Under the pieces are notes generated by a model that did no database searches, was not told the DNA's origin, and saw nothing but the letters and a program-made list of their open reading frames with translations. The position numbers and the translations under genes were made by a program. A stretch of DNA of 64,000 nt. Origin: Candidatus Bathyarchaeota archaeon (GTDB lineage: Archaea > Thermoproteota > Bathyarchaeia > Bathyarchaeales > Bathycorpusculaceae). The stretch covers positions 544,001 through 608,000 of the forward strand of contig CAWHVC010000003.1 of the NCBI GenBank assembly GCA_963832745.1, written 5' to 3'. Shown in pieces: positions 38,957 through 48,387 of the stretch (position 1 is its first letter; every line of letters begins with the position of its first letter).

Positions 38957-40213
38957 GTGGGAAAAATGGTAAACTTCAAAACATTAGACGACTTTGACGT
39001 AAAAAACAAAACCGTGATTGTACGTGTAGACTTTAACTCAGAAGTTGACCCGCAAACCAAACAGGTCACAAACGACACACGTATACGCGCATACTCAGCA
39101 ACTCTTCAAGAACTCGCAGAAAAAGGCGCCAAAGTTGTCGTCCTCTCCCACCAAGGACGCAAAGGCGACCCCGACTACACCAGCCTAAAACAACACGCAG
39201 AAATCCTCCAACAAATCCTCAACTCACCCGTAAAATATGTTGACGACCTTTTCGGCGAAAAAGCCAAAAACGCAATCAAAAACCTCCAAAACGGAGAAAT
39301 CCTTGTTTTAGAAAACGTCCGCAGTTGGGCTGGAGAAACAAAAAAAGGCAGCCCCGAACAGCAAGCAAAAACTGAACTTGTCCAAAACCTTGCACCACTC
39401 GCCGACTTGTTTGTAAGCGACGCTTTCTCAGTTGCACACCGTGACAACGTCTCCATGGTCGGCTTCACCGCGGTTCTACCCAGCGCCGCCGGACGCATCA
39501 TGGAACGCGAACTAAAACATTTAAGCAAAACATTGGAAGACCCACATCACCCATGTGTTTACGTTATGGGCGGAGCAAAAGCTGATGACAGCTTAGAAAT
39601 CAGCAAATACATCCTAAAGAACAAAGTTGCCGACCACGTGCTACTGGGCGGAGTAACTTCTCAACTGTTTATGGCGGCTAAAGGTGTCGATTTAGGCAAA
39701 AAAACTATGGATTTTTTGGCAAAAAAAGAACTTCTCAAATTTATTCCAGGAATACAAACGCTTTTTGCAGAGTATCCAGACAAAATCTTGTTACCCGTCG
39801 ACGTAGCTTTAGATGTTGATGGCAAACGAAAAGAAATCTCAGCCAACCAGTTGCCTTCTGAATACCCAATTTTTGATATCGGCACAAAAACCGTCCAACA
39901 ATATGTAGCAATAATTGAAGAAGCGAAATCAATTGTGGTGAGTGGTCCACTTGGCGTTTACGAAAACAGCGAATTCTGCTACGGAACAAAAACCGTTTTT
40001 GAAGCAATCGCCAACAGTAATGCTTTTAGTCTTGCAGGCGGAGGAAACACGATTGCGGCAATTGACCAGTACGGTTTAACTGACAAAATTAGTTACATTA
40101 GCACTGCGGGTGGAGCGTTAGTTGAGTTTTTGATGGGTAAAAAGTTGCCGGGTGTGGTAGCGTTGGAGAAGGCCGTCAAAACAAAAAGGGTTGCAATACC
40201 CGCAACCGTATAA
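38957..40213 (+). CDS. pgk: phosphoglycerate kinase
   Basis: VRVDFNS, LSHQGR, LENVR, DAFSVAHR, GGAKADD, ISTAGGA. Confidence 0.97.
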   Translation: MGKMVNFKTLDDFDVKNKTVIVRVDFNSEVDPQTKQVTNDTRIRAYSATLQELAEKGAKVVVLSHQGRKGDPDYTSLKQHAEILQQILNSPVKYVDDLFGEKAKNAIKNLQNGEILVLENVRSWAGETKKGSPEQQAKTELVQNLAPLADLFVSDAFSVAHRDNVSMVGFTAVLPSAAGRIMERELKHLSKTLEDPHHPCVYVMGGAKADDSLEISKYILKNKVADHVLLGGVTSQLFMAAKGVDLGKKTMDFLAKKELLKFIPGIQTLFAEYPDKILLPVDVALDVDGKRKEISANQLPSEYPIFDIGTKTVQQYVAIIEEAKSIVVSGPLGVYENSEFCYGTKTVFEAIANSNAFSLAGGGNTIAAIDQYGLTDKISYISTAGGALVEFLMGKKLPGVVALEKAVKTKRVAIPATV

Positions 40214-40231
40214 AAAACCTTTAAAAAAAGG

Positions 40232-40708
40232 TTAATATTTTTTGCGCATTTTCTCGTTTCTACGGGCTCTGTACAGTGCGTAGCCAAATGAGACAATTAT
40301 TGATACGACGACCGCGACGATAATAATTACTACAAATGTTAAGGGGAATCCCACAAAGTTTGCCTGCCTCTCTGAAGTCGCTGATTCGCCCTGAGCGTTA
40401 TAGGCTGTCACTTTAATTGTGTGTGTACCTTCAGTATAGTTACCTGTATTGAAGTTCCAGCTAAAAGGTGCACTTGTAGCGTTGAGTTGCAGTTGGTCAT
40501 CGAGATAAAACTCAACATACCGCACGTCGGAAGAGACTTCTGTATTGATGGTCCATTCACCGTTCATGTCTTCTCCCATGCCGTAACCATTGTCCTTGTA
40601 AAAATTCAGGGTTAAAGTGGGTTTAGCTTCAGCGTTAAGACAGATTGCAGTTAATGATGCCGCTAAAACTAAAACAAGTAAGCAGGCAAACGCATTAGTG
40701 TGTTTCAT
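40232..40708 (-). CDS. membrane-anchored Ig-like domain protein
   Basis: Signal peptide, VEFYLD.....APFSW...T.....G.HTIKVTAY, C-terminal TM. Confidence 0.75.
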   Translation of the reverse strand: MKHTNAFACLLVLVLAASLTAICLNAEAKPTLTLNFYKDNGYGMGEDMNGEWTINTEVSSDVRYVEFYLDDQLQLNATSAPFSWNFNTGNYTEGTHTIKVTAYNAQGESATSERQANFVGFPLTFVVIIIVAVVVSIIVSFGYALYRARRNEKMRKKY

Positions 40709-40730
40709 TTTAATTTCTCCTATTTTTTTA

Positions 40731-41981
40731 TTATTTCTTGGAAGGTGTCCTTAAATCTTTGGCAATTATGTCTCTTTTTTCAGGATGCCTTTTTTTGCTT
40801 ATTAGAAAAATTATGCTCGAAACGGCCAGCATTATGCTCAGAGAAAAGAACAGTCCCACGTATTGTAGGCTGGTTGCGAAGATTACTCCGCTGACAATTG
40901 GACCCAGCGTTTGACCGATATCCATCATTGTCGATAGGAACCCCATGGATGCTCCCACTAAACTTGCTGGCACTATCTCGCTAATTAATGGAGAAGTTGA
41001 TGATAAAACTGCTGCAAAGGCGACGCCGTAAGCAATGATCAGTATCAGCATTACTGAAAAAGATGTTGTGAAAGGTACTGCAGCAATGATTAGGCAGCTT
41101 GCAATTATTCCTGTTACGATGGGTTTGGTTCGGCCTATCTTGTCTGAGACTCTTCCGATTAAGGGGCGTGCAATTACTAAAGCAATAATTTGGCTACCCG
41201 TAACGATGCCGATAGAGAAAAGGTCTAAGCCTGCAACATCCTGCAAGTAACCTACTAAGAAGAATTCGACTGCGCCAAAAACGTAGTATTGCGCTGCCTG
41301 AACAAAACTAACGCCAAGAACGCCTGTGTTTCTGATAAGTTCAAGCCAACCGCTGAACATTTTTCGGGCAGGTTTATTTTCACGTGTTGTAGCTTGTGGA
41401 ATATTTTTTCTCTCGGCAAGGAAAAACAGGGCAATAACAAAAGCGGTAACACCTGCAATGCCAACGGCGGTGTATAGTGTAAAGAAACTGTTGTCTGTAG
41501 CGAAAAGGATGTAGCCTCCCAGAAACGGCGCTAAAGCTCTGCCTACAGCGGTTGCGGAGTTGAAGAGTGAGATACGTTCTCCACGTTTGGTTGGGTATAA
41601 TTCCGCTATTGAGGCCTCAGCTACTGGTACAAAGATTGCAGTGGCGAAGCCGTGGTAAAAACGTACAAGCGCAAGCATCCACCATTCGGTTACGCCTAAG
41701 TACAGAAATGGTGCAGAGGCGAAAACGAAAGCGGCAAAAAGCAGGACTTTGCGTCTTCCAAAAATGTCTGAGAGTGAAGCTGCTGGAAGACTAATTAGGA
41801 TGCCTGGGATGGTTGAGGCTGAAGCCACTATTCCCAGAAGATCCGCTGGTGTGTCAAGGCTTGTTGCAAATGGTTTAAGGACAGGATTCTTTGACATTGT
41901 AGAGCTTAGAATTGCAAATAAGCCCATTATGCAAATTATGACAAAGAAAGCTTTTATCTTCCAGTTAGCCTTAAACACCAT
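40731..41981 (-). CDS. MFS transporter
   Basis: LSDIFGRR and GRVSDKIGR motifs, about 12 TM. Confidence 0.92.
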   Translation of the reverse strand: MVFKANWKIKAFFVIICIMGLFAILSSTMSKNPVLKPFATSLDTPADLLGIVASASTIPGILISLPAASLSDIFGRRKVLLFAAFVFASAPFLYLGVTEWWMLALVRFYHGFATAIFVPVAEASIAELYPTKRGERISLFNSATAVGRALAPFLGGYILFATDNSFFTLYTAVGIAGVTAFVIALFFLAERKNIPQATTRENKPARKMFSGWLELIRNTGVLGVSFVQAAQYYVFGAVEFFLVGYLQDVAGLDLFSIGIVTGSQIIALVIARPLIGRVSDKIGRTKPIVTGIIASCLIIAAVPFTTSFSVMLILIIAYGVAFAAVLSSTSPLISEIVPASLVGASMGFLSTMMDIGQTLGPIVSGVIFATSLQYVGLFFSLSIMLAVSSIIFLISKKRHPEKRDIIAKDLRTPSKK

Positions 41982-42067
41982 TTAACCTCTGCACGATAGT
42001 ATTTAGAGCGGAATATATTTTTTATCAACTAAAAGAACGTTCACATTGATGAAAAAATGAAAAGGAC

Positions 42068-42637
42068 TTATTGACTAGCTTTTTGTGCTAAGTCTTTTGT
42101 CCAGTTACGGATTTCTTCCCAATCCCGCAAGTCATAAACTCCCGGCGGTGACTCAGTGAAACCGTCTTTTTCAAGTTGCGGACGAATAGCGCCAAATGTT
42201 TTGCGGGTGAATATGTTCATCTTGTTAAAGTCTAAGACTCCGCCGAAAAAACCGATAGCAATTGGGTTTAAATTAAACTTGGCAATTTTGTCATCAATCT
42301 CGATTTTTCGGTCTTTGGCTAGCTCCTCCTGTTTGCCTTCTCGTTCAAGGACTGATTTCATTGAAGAAACAAACAGGGCAACCTTCTTTTGGGGCAGCTC
42401 ATTTTTGAAGCGTTTAACAAAATCTTCAATCTCGCCAGTCCATCTACCCAGTTGTAAGCCTGTTCCGATAACGATTAATTCGTATGAGTTTATGTCTTTG
42501 ATTTTTTCTTGTTTCGCGTTAACAACTTCGACCTCAAAGCCTTCGGTTTCTAGGATTTTGGCTACTTCTCCTGAAGTAGTGGTGGTTGCTCCGTATCTGG
42601 TGCCGTAAACAATTAAGGTCTTCAATTTTTGTACCAC
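42068..42637 (-). CDS. flavodoxin-domain protein (Flavodoxin_5/HemG-like)
   Basis: LIVYGTRYGAT, FFGG.LD, DLRDWEEIRNW. Confidence 0.85.
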   Translation of the reverse strand: MVQKLKTLIVYGTRYGATTTTSGEVAKILETEGFEVEVVNAKQEKIKDINSYELIVIGTGLQLGRWTGEIEDFVKRFKNELPQKKVALFVSSMKSVLEREGKQEELAKDRKIEIDDKIAKFNLNPIAIGFFGGVLDFNKMNIFTRKTFGAIRPQLEKDGFTESPPGVYDLRDWEEIRNWTKDLAQKASQ

Positions 42638-42751
42638 AAACTAGGTTAACTGTTTAGCGTTATAAGACTGTTGACTCCAAAATTTTTTCAAGGGCTAAAT
42701 CAGAAATAGTTTAAAGTATTCGTTAACAAATTAAGCAAGCTTATCGAAAAA

Positions 42752-43129
42752 ATGCAATGTGGGAGAAATAAAAACGTGAATAACGCAAAAAGAAGTGCCA
42801 TCGATAACAAAGTCTTAGATGGTTTAGCTTGGGGTTGTTTCTTAATTCTTTTGGGTCTCATCTGGTTCGCGTCAACACTTTACCCTATTGATACAGGCGC
42901 GTACGTTGCAATCGGTATAGGTATAATACTGGTTGTAGTTAACCTGACACGGCTTGCAATAGGTATTAAGGTGAGCAAGTTTAGTCTTTTTATTGGTGTT
43001 CTTGCTTTCGCCTTAGGCACTGCAGGATTAATCGGTTACTCACTACACTTGGTGCCAACGATAATTATTCTAATTGGTCTCTTCATTGTTGCTGAAGGAT
43101 TACAACGGGCAACAAGAAACCGTCAATAA
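42752..43129 (+). CDS. small membrane protein (about 4 TM)
   Basis: WGCFLILLG and further hydrophobic segments; true start may be GTG 42776. Confidence 0.7.
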   Translation: MQCGRNKNVNNAKRSAIDNKVLDGLAWGCFLILLGLIWFASTLYPIDTGAYVAIGIGIILVVVNLTRLAIGIKVSKFSLFIGVLAFALGTAGLIGYSLHLVPTIIILIGLFIVAEGLQRATRNRQ

Positions 43130-43220
43130 CCTTCTTTTATTTCAAAAAAGTAAGTACAGAAAACCCTTAGGGCTGGGTGCTATTCGCTGAATTTCAACCA
43201 AAAATGTGGTGGGAAAGGGT

Positions 43221-44567
43221 TTAGCGTAGTTTCATTAGAACCATTTCTGCAGCTAAAACCATTGGTTCCCAAGTTTCACACATTGGCGGCGCATATGCCG
43301 TGTCTGCTTTAGCAAGGTCACGCACAGTCATCTGCTTCTGAATCGCAAAACTCAGCGCGTTAATGCGTTGGGTTACTGCTTCTCCACCGACGATTTGAGC
43401 ACCGATTATGCGTTCTGACTCTTTTTCAACAATCAGTTTTACTTTGATGGGTTTTGCTGTGGGGTAATAGTCTGCTTTAGTTTTGCTACTTATTGCGCCG
43501 ACGACTACTTCAATGTGGTTTTTTGCAGCGGCAGTTTCGCTTATGCCTGTTGCGCCTGCTTCAATATCAAACAGCATAGTGATTGCAGAGACTAAGGCGC
43601 CCGTGAATTGGGCGTAAGCTCCTGCCGCGTTTGTACCTGCAACCTTGCCTTGCCGAACAGCGACTGTGCCAAGCTGTGGGCAAATTGGTCTGTGAGTTAT
43701 AATGTGCAATGTTTCGGCGCAGTCGCCAACTGCATAAACATCTTTTATGTCGGTTTCCATTCGTGAATTAGTTCTAATTGCCCGTGTATCCCCTAATGGT
43801 ATGCATGAGTCACAGGCGAGCTTAGTGTTAGCCCGAACACCAAAAGCGCTGATGAACATGTCAGCAGTGAGTGTTTCGCCACTTGCAATTATCCCAGTTA
43901 CTTTGTCGTCGCCAAGGATTTCTTCTACTCGTTTGTTTAGAAGAATTTTCATGCCTTTACTTTCAAGATGGTCCTGCACTAGTTTTGCCATATCCGCATC
44001 AAGCAGTTGTGGCAGAATCTGAGGTAACATTTCAACAATTGTAACCTGCAAGCCTCGCTCAATTAGGGCAACACCAAGTTCCAACCCGATTAAACCTGCT
44101 CCCATTATTATAGCTGATTTTGCTCCAGCTTTTACGGCTTCATCAATTTTTTCGCCGTCTTCAATATTGCGTAGGCTTAGGATGCCGGTTTTTTCTTTGC
44201 CTTTAATGGGCGGCATAAATGCGTCAGCACCGGTTGAAATTATCAAGCTATCATAAGACAAATCTTCAGTCGTGCCTTCAGCGGTTTGGATTGTAACTTT
44301 TTTCTCTGCTGTGTTGATGACGGTGGCGGTTGTTTGAGTGTATAGGTTAAGTTTAAGCATTTGAAAATATGCTGGAGGATAAACGATTAAGTCTTTGAAT
44401 TGGGGGATTGCTCCACTGATGACAAATGGTAAGCCGCAACGGGAGTAGCCTGCAGTTTTTTCTTTAGTGACAAGAGTGATTTCTGCCGTTCGGTCTTTTT
44501 TGCGTGCTGCAGAAGCCGCGTCAATACCGGCGGCGTTTGCGCCGATTATGACTATTTTTCGAGGCAC
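43221..44567 (-). CDS. FAD-dependent pyridine nucleotide-disulfide oxidoreductase (CoA-disulfide reductase/NADH oxidase family)
   Basis: IIGANAAG, SRCGLP redox Cys, GAGLIGLE, YAVGDC, YAPP; start GTG 44567 with GGAGG SD. Confidence 0.88.
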   Translation of the reverse strand: MPRKIVIIGANAAGIDAASAARKKDRTAEITLVTKEKTAGYSRCGLPFVISGAIPQFKDLIVYPPAYFQMLKLNLYTQTTATVINTAEKKVTIQTAEGTTEDLSYDSLIISTGADAFMPPIKGKEKTGILSLRNIEDGEKIDEAVKAGAKSAIIMGAGLIGLELGVALIERGLQVTIVEMLPQILPQLLDADMAKLVQDHLESKGMKILLNKRVEEILGDDKVTGIIASGETLTADMFISAFGVRANTKLACDSCIPLGDTRAIRTNSRMETDIKDVYAVGDCAETLHIITHRPICPQLGTVAVRQGKVAGTNAAGAYAQFTGALVSAITMLFDIEAGATGISETAAAKNHIEVVVGAISSKTKADYYPTAKPIKVKLIVEKESERIIGAQIVGGEAVTQRINALSFAIQKQMTVRDLAKADTAYAPPMCETWEPMVLAAEMVLMKLR

Positions 44568-44589
44568 TATTTTCAGTCCTCCCCTTTTT

Positions 44590-45006
44590 TTATTTTCCTT
44601 GGGCTTGAGCTTTGTGCCATTCAACAGCTTTGTCGAAATCCATTAGGTTTGCAAGTTCTTCTTGTAGGTTGGATGGTTTTATGATGAGTAACCATGCTTT
44701 GCCGTATGGGTCCTCGTTTAGGGTTTCTGGTTTCGAGAGTACTTCTTCGTTAACTTCTTCTATAACTCCGCTTGCTGGCGATACTAGGTCGGAAACGGCT
44801 TTTACGGATTCAAGAGTTCCGTACGGCTCGTTTTGCTTAACTTCAGTGTCTGCTTCAGGCAGTTCAGCGTAAACTATTTCACGTAGAGCTTTTTGAGCAT
44901 AATCTGTTATGCCCACACGTATTTTATCGCCTTCAATTTTTAACCAGGCAAAATCCTTTGAATAATATAATCCTTCAGGAACCTCGTATCCTTCAACTTT
45001 AACCAT
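44590..45006 (-). CDS. gcvH: glycine cleavage system H (lipoyl carrier) protein
   Basis: VGITDYAQ.AL.EIVY.ELP, ESVKAVSD (lipoyl Lys), LNEDPYG.AWL. Confidence 0.92.
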   Translation of the reverse strand: MVKVEGYEVPEGLYYSKDFAWLKIEGDKIRVGITDYAQKALREIVYAELPEADTEVKQNEPYGTLESVKAVSDLVSPASGVIEEVNEEVLSKPETLNEDPYGKAWLLIIKPSNLQEELANLMDFDKAVEWHKAQAQGK

Positions 45007-45107
45007 AAACAATACCTTCAGATGTTATTACAATAAGCTAAGCTAAAATCAAAAGCATTGTTGCTTAAAAGTTTTCACAAAAACAAAAAATAAAAAAAGA
45101 AAAAGGT

Positions 45108-46193
45108 TTACCGTTCGCGTTTACCAGCAATCCAGTCTTCTGTGTCCTGACGGGCTTGGCTGTCTGGAACTTGGACTGGTGGATGCTTAAAAGCGTATGA
45201 GGGCATACTCAAGAGTGCGCCGCTGATTTTGCGGTCAAGAGCGATTTTTGCTGCACGGATTAGGTCGATGACGACTCCGGCGCTGTTTGGTGAGTCTTCG
45301 ACTTCAAGTTTTGCGCTGATGCTTATGGGGCGGTCGCCGAATGCTCGTGTTTTTATTGATAGGTAACAGATTTTTTTGTTGCCTAGAAACTGTACGAAGT
45401 CGCTTGGCCCGATTCTTGTGGGCAAATTGTATGGTACAAGGCTTGTGACTGCTTCTGTTTTGCTGATTCGTTTGCTTGTAAGGCGGTTTTCTACGGTCAT
45501 GTTTTGGAAGTCGGTATCTCCGCCCAAGTTTAGCTGGTAAGTTTCATCCACGATTGCTCCTCGGTCAAGACAAAGCCGTACAAGCTGGCGGTGAAGGATG
45601 GTTGCGCCGACTTGGCTTTTAATGTCATCACCAAGGACTGGTAAACCGGCTTTTTCGAATTTTTTAGGCCACTCTTTTGTTGCGTCGCTGCCGATGAATT
45701 CTGGCATGCAATTTACAAATGCACAGCCTGCATCGATGGCGCATTGAGCATAGAAACGTACTGCATCATGACTGCCGACTGGCAAGTAATTGACTAGAAC
45801 TTCTGCTTTTGCGTCTTTGAGCGTTTGAACTATGCTTTCTTTTGTGGTGTTGCTGTCGTCATAAACGTTAAAGGTTTCACGCATGTGTGGAGCGACACCG
45901 TCAAGGATGATGCCTGGCGAAATTTTAACGCCAAGATTTGGGACGTCGCTGAATTTTTCACAACAGTTTGGTTTCATCCAGATGGCTTCTGAGAGGTCTT
46001 TTCCGACTTTGTCTTTGTTAACCTCGAAAGCTGCGACAAACTTTATGTCGTTTATATGGTATCCGCCATAGTTTACATGCATAAGGCCGGGAACTGTTTC
46101 GCCGTCTTTGGCGTTCTTGTAGTATTGGGTTCCCTGAATCAGGGCGCAGGCGCTGTTGCCCACGCCGATAAGTGCTACACGAATTTCAGGCAT
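45108..46193 (-). CDS. ino1: myo-inositol-1-phosphate synthase
   Basis: GVGN.A.ALIQG, NYLPVGS, GDDIKSQVGAT, QLNLGG.TDF.N, SKRISKT, DSPNSAG. Confidence 0.93.
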   Translation of the reverse strand: MPEIRVALIGVGNSACALIQGTQYYKNAKDGETVPGLMHVNYGGYHINDIKFVAAFEVNKDKVGKDLSEAIWMKPNCCEKFSDVPNLGVKISPGIILDGVAPHMRETFNVYDDSNTTKESIVQTLKDAKAEVLVNYLPVGSHDAVRFYAQCAIDAGCAFVNCMPEFIGSDATKEWPKKFEKAGLPVLGDDIKSQVGATILHRQLVRLCLDRGAIVDETYQLNLGGDTDFQNMTVENRLTSKRISKTEAVTSLVPYNLPTRIGPSDFVQFLGNKKICYLSIKTRAFGDRPISISAKLEVEDSPNSAGVVIDLIRAAKIALDRKISGALLSMPSYAFKHPPVQVPDSQARQDTEDWIAGKRER

Positions 46194-46279
46194 AAACTAA
46201 CCTTCCAAAGATTCTAATGGTGTTGAAAGCCTTAATGTTCCGCTACGCTAATAACTTTTTCTAAAAGTATCCTTCAGAG

Positions 46280-46387
46280 AAACAGCAAAAGACCCAGAAA
46301 ATCACGACATTTTTCAACATATTAATGGCGCAAAAAAACTGTCATTAGCACCTACCCCTCTTAGGTTTTCAACATACAACCCTTAAT
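46280..46387 (-). repeat. dispersed intergenic repeat, copy C (lacks left end; begins at the gene truncation point)
   Basis: Minus strand ATTAAGGGTTGTATGTTGAAAACCTAAGAGGGGTAGGTGCTAATGAC...CATTAATATGTTGAAAAAT vs copy A ATTAGTGGTTGTATGTAGAAACCTAAGGAGGGTAGTGCTAATGG...CATTAGTATGTTGAAAAAT. Confidence 0.65.
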
Positions 46388-46651
46388 GTTAATCAGTAGT
46401 TCTTGATTAAGACCAATTGGGTTTGGAGTCGTGCTAAGGAAGGCTTGAGACTGAATTTGTTTGTCAACTGTTACGCCTGAGGGTACTGTTTTGTATGCCC
46501 AGTTAGGTGATGATGGGTTTCCGCCATGCATTGATTCTTGGGCTTGAGTTGGTAGAATCGCTAACATTGATGATGCCCTAAGAATGCTAAGAATTGCAAC
46601 CGCAAACATTTTTTGTAGTTTATAATTTGGGTTGTTGTTTATTTTTTTCAT
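46361..46651 (-). pseudogene. truncated 5' fragment of a PQQ-like surface-protein paralog
   Basis: Signal peptide plus MHGGNPSSPNWAYKTVPSGVTVDKQIQSQAFLST identical to 13294..15930; homology stops at LLIN and the frame ends inside the repeat. Confidence 0.85.
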
Positions 46652-46978
46652 TTTTAATGCCTTTGATTCAAAATTTTATTGTAAGTTATAGCTTACCTTA
46701 TTGGTTTCTTTATAAGGTTTGCTCAGTTTTACGGTTAAATGTGCTAAAATAGGCATTTAAAACGGAAAAAAGCAATACTTTTTAAGTTATAATCATAAAT
46801 GGCGCTTATTTGTGGGTTTTCACAAAAAGTGTGTATGTTCAAAATAAAAATGTATTAAACGATTTTTAACATGTTTTTGTTTCGCATAGTTATATGAAAT
46901 ACATATTGCTCTATCAAAATTAGTGCTAACGGAAAATCATCAAATTTTGCCGCCCCGCAACATTTTTGTCTCCGAACA

Positions 46979-48250
46979 TTACGTAATTTTTATCTGTGCT
47001 ACTTCTCCAGTATCTGCCCAAACAGTAACAGCTACACTATTTACGCCACCTAAGTATGTCTTGTCCAAATAAAGTGTGACATACCAGCACGGATACAACT
47101 GTGTACCCTGTCTAGTGTTCGGATGAAAAACGGTTAAAACCGGCGACTCAAGAAACTCCAAACTTGATACGGTTTGCCCATTGATGGAATAGCTGAATGT
47201 TTTGGCGGCATTTCTGGCTATTTCTATAGCGTAATCTTGGTTGATGTTGACGTTTGTGTTTCCAACGCTGAATAGGTACATGCCATCGGTAAGTGAAGTT
47301 AAAACGCGGCCTTCAAAAACCAAATCAACACTTTTTGGTGAATAATCTACACTATTTTCCGTGTACATCCAAAACAGATGCGTCGTGTCACCGCTAAATG
47401 ATACGTTGAGTTTTAGGTTACCTTGTTTAATCTCAATGTTCTCCTCTTTCTGTACGAGGCTTAACATTTCACTCATGTTGCCCAAGTATGCGGTGTCTTC
47501 GTAAACGCTTAAACGGTCAAGCAGGCTTTTAGCGGTATCCAACTTGCTTATGGGTTGCCCTACACTGAAGATGGGTGTGCCTTCAAAAATGCTGATTTGA
47601 TAACGTGACAGTTGACCGTCACGGAAACGGAAGACAACGTCAAGTTTGCTTTCGCTACTGGTTAACGAGTAACGCATGATTTCCTCAACTACGCCGCCTA
47701 AATCTTTACGGTGCTCAACAGTTCGGCTAAGAAGTGTCGCTTGGTATTTGCCTGTGTCGATTTGGGCTACATTCTGCAGGAAGGTGATGGCGTCGTCAGT
47801 GCTACTGCTCCAAGACAAAAGCTGGTTATAACGTGACTGCAGGTTGTCACGGTCGCTTGCCAATTGGCTGTTGACGCCGAATTGGATGTAAGTAAAGCTT
47901 GCCAGAACAATAACGCCAACAAGCAGAATGCCTAAAACTGTTTTCCACTTCACACTTAATCCCAATCGTTGGCGGGGTTGAACAGGTGGGGCTTCCTCGA
48001 CAACTTTCATGGTGTTAACTGATGCTTGACCAAAAGTGGATAACCTATAGGTGCCTGTGTCTGTTTTGGTTACGAGTTCGCCGAGGTTTTCCAAATGATA
48101 AGTAAGGTTAGAGCTTGATACGCCGAGGTATTCCAGCATTTCAGAAAAAGTCATTGGCTTATCGGCGAGCATACGCAGAATTTTGCGGCGAGCTGGATGT
48201 TTGAGTGAACTGAACATTGTTGAGTAGATTTCTTCTTTGGAATCAGCCAT
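46979..48250 (-). CDS. membrane-anchored winged-helix (ArsR-like) regulator with extracellular domain
   Basis: FSSLKHPARRKIL..L....MTFSE...LGVSSSNLTYHL, single TM (TVLGILLVGVIVLASF), about 290-aa C-terminal domain. Confidence 0.8.
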   Translation of the reverse strand: MADSKEEIYSTMFSSLKHPARRKILRMLADKPMTFSEMLEYLGVSSSNLTYHLENLGELVTKTDTGTYRLSTFGQASVNTMKVVEEAPPVQPRQRLGLSVKWKTVLGILLVGVIVLASFTYIQFGVNSQLASDRDNLQSRYNQLLSWSSSTDDAITFLQNVAQIDTGKYQATLLSRTVEHRKDLGGVVEEIMRYSLTSSESKLDVVFRFRDGQLSRYQISIFEGTPIFSVGQPISKLDTAKSLLDRLSVYEDTAYLGNMSEMLSLVQKEENIEIKQGNLKLNVSFSGDTTHLFWMYTENSVDYSPKSVDLVFEGRVLTSLTDGMYLFSVGNTNVNINQDYAIEIARNAAKTFSYSINGQTVSSLEFLESPVLTVFHPNTRQGTQLYPCWYVTLYLDKTYLGGVNSVAVTVWADTGEVAQIKIT

Positions 48251-48387
48251 TATAAGCCCTTATATCATGAGGCACTGGCATAAGCTTAAAACTTTGTCTT
48301 TGTCAAGGTTTTTAGACTAAACATTTTTGTTTTGTCATTTTTTCCTTACAAGAACCCTTTTATCAAATAGATTAAGAGAAACAAATT

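Noticed and set aside
46431-46525. Diversity-generating retroelement TR/VR pair (with 13414..13508)
   Set aside because: The block is identical rather than A-specifically mutated, flanking differences are synonymous, and no RT is in the window
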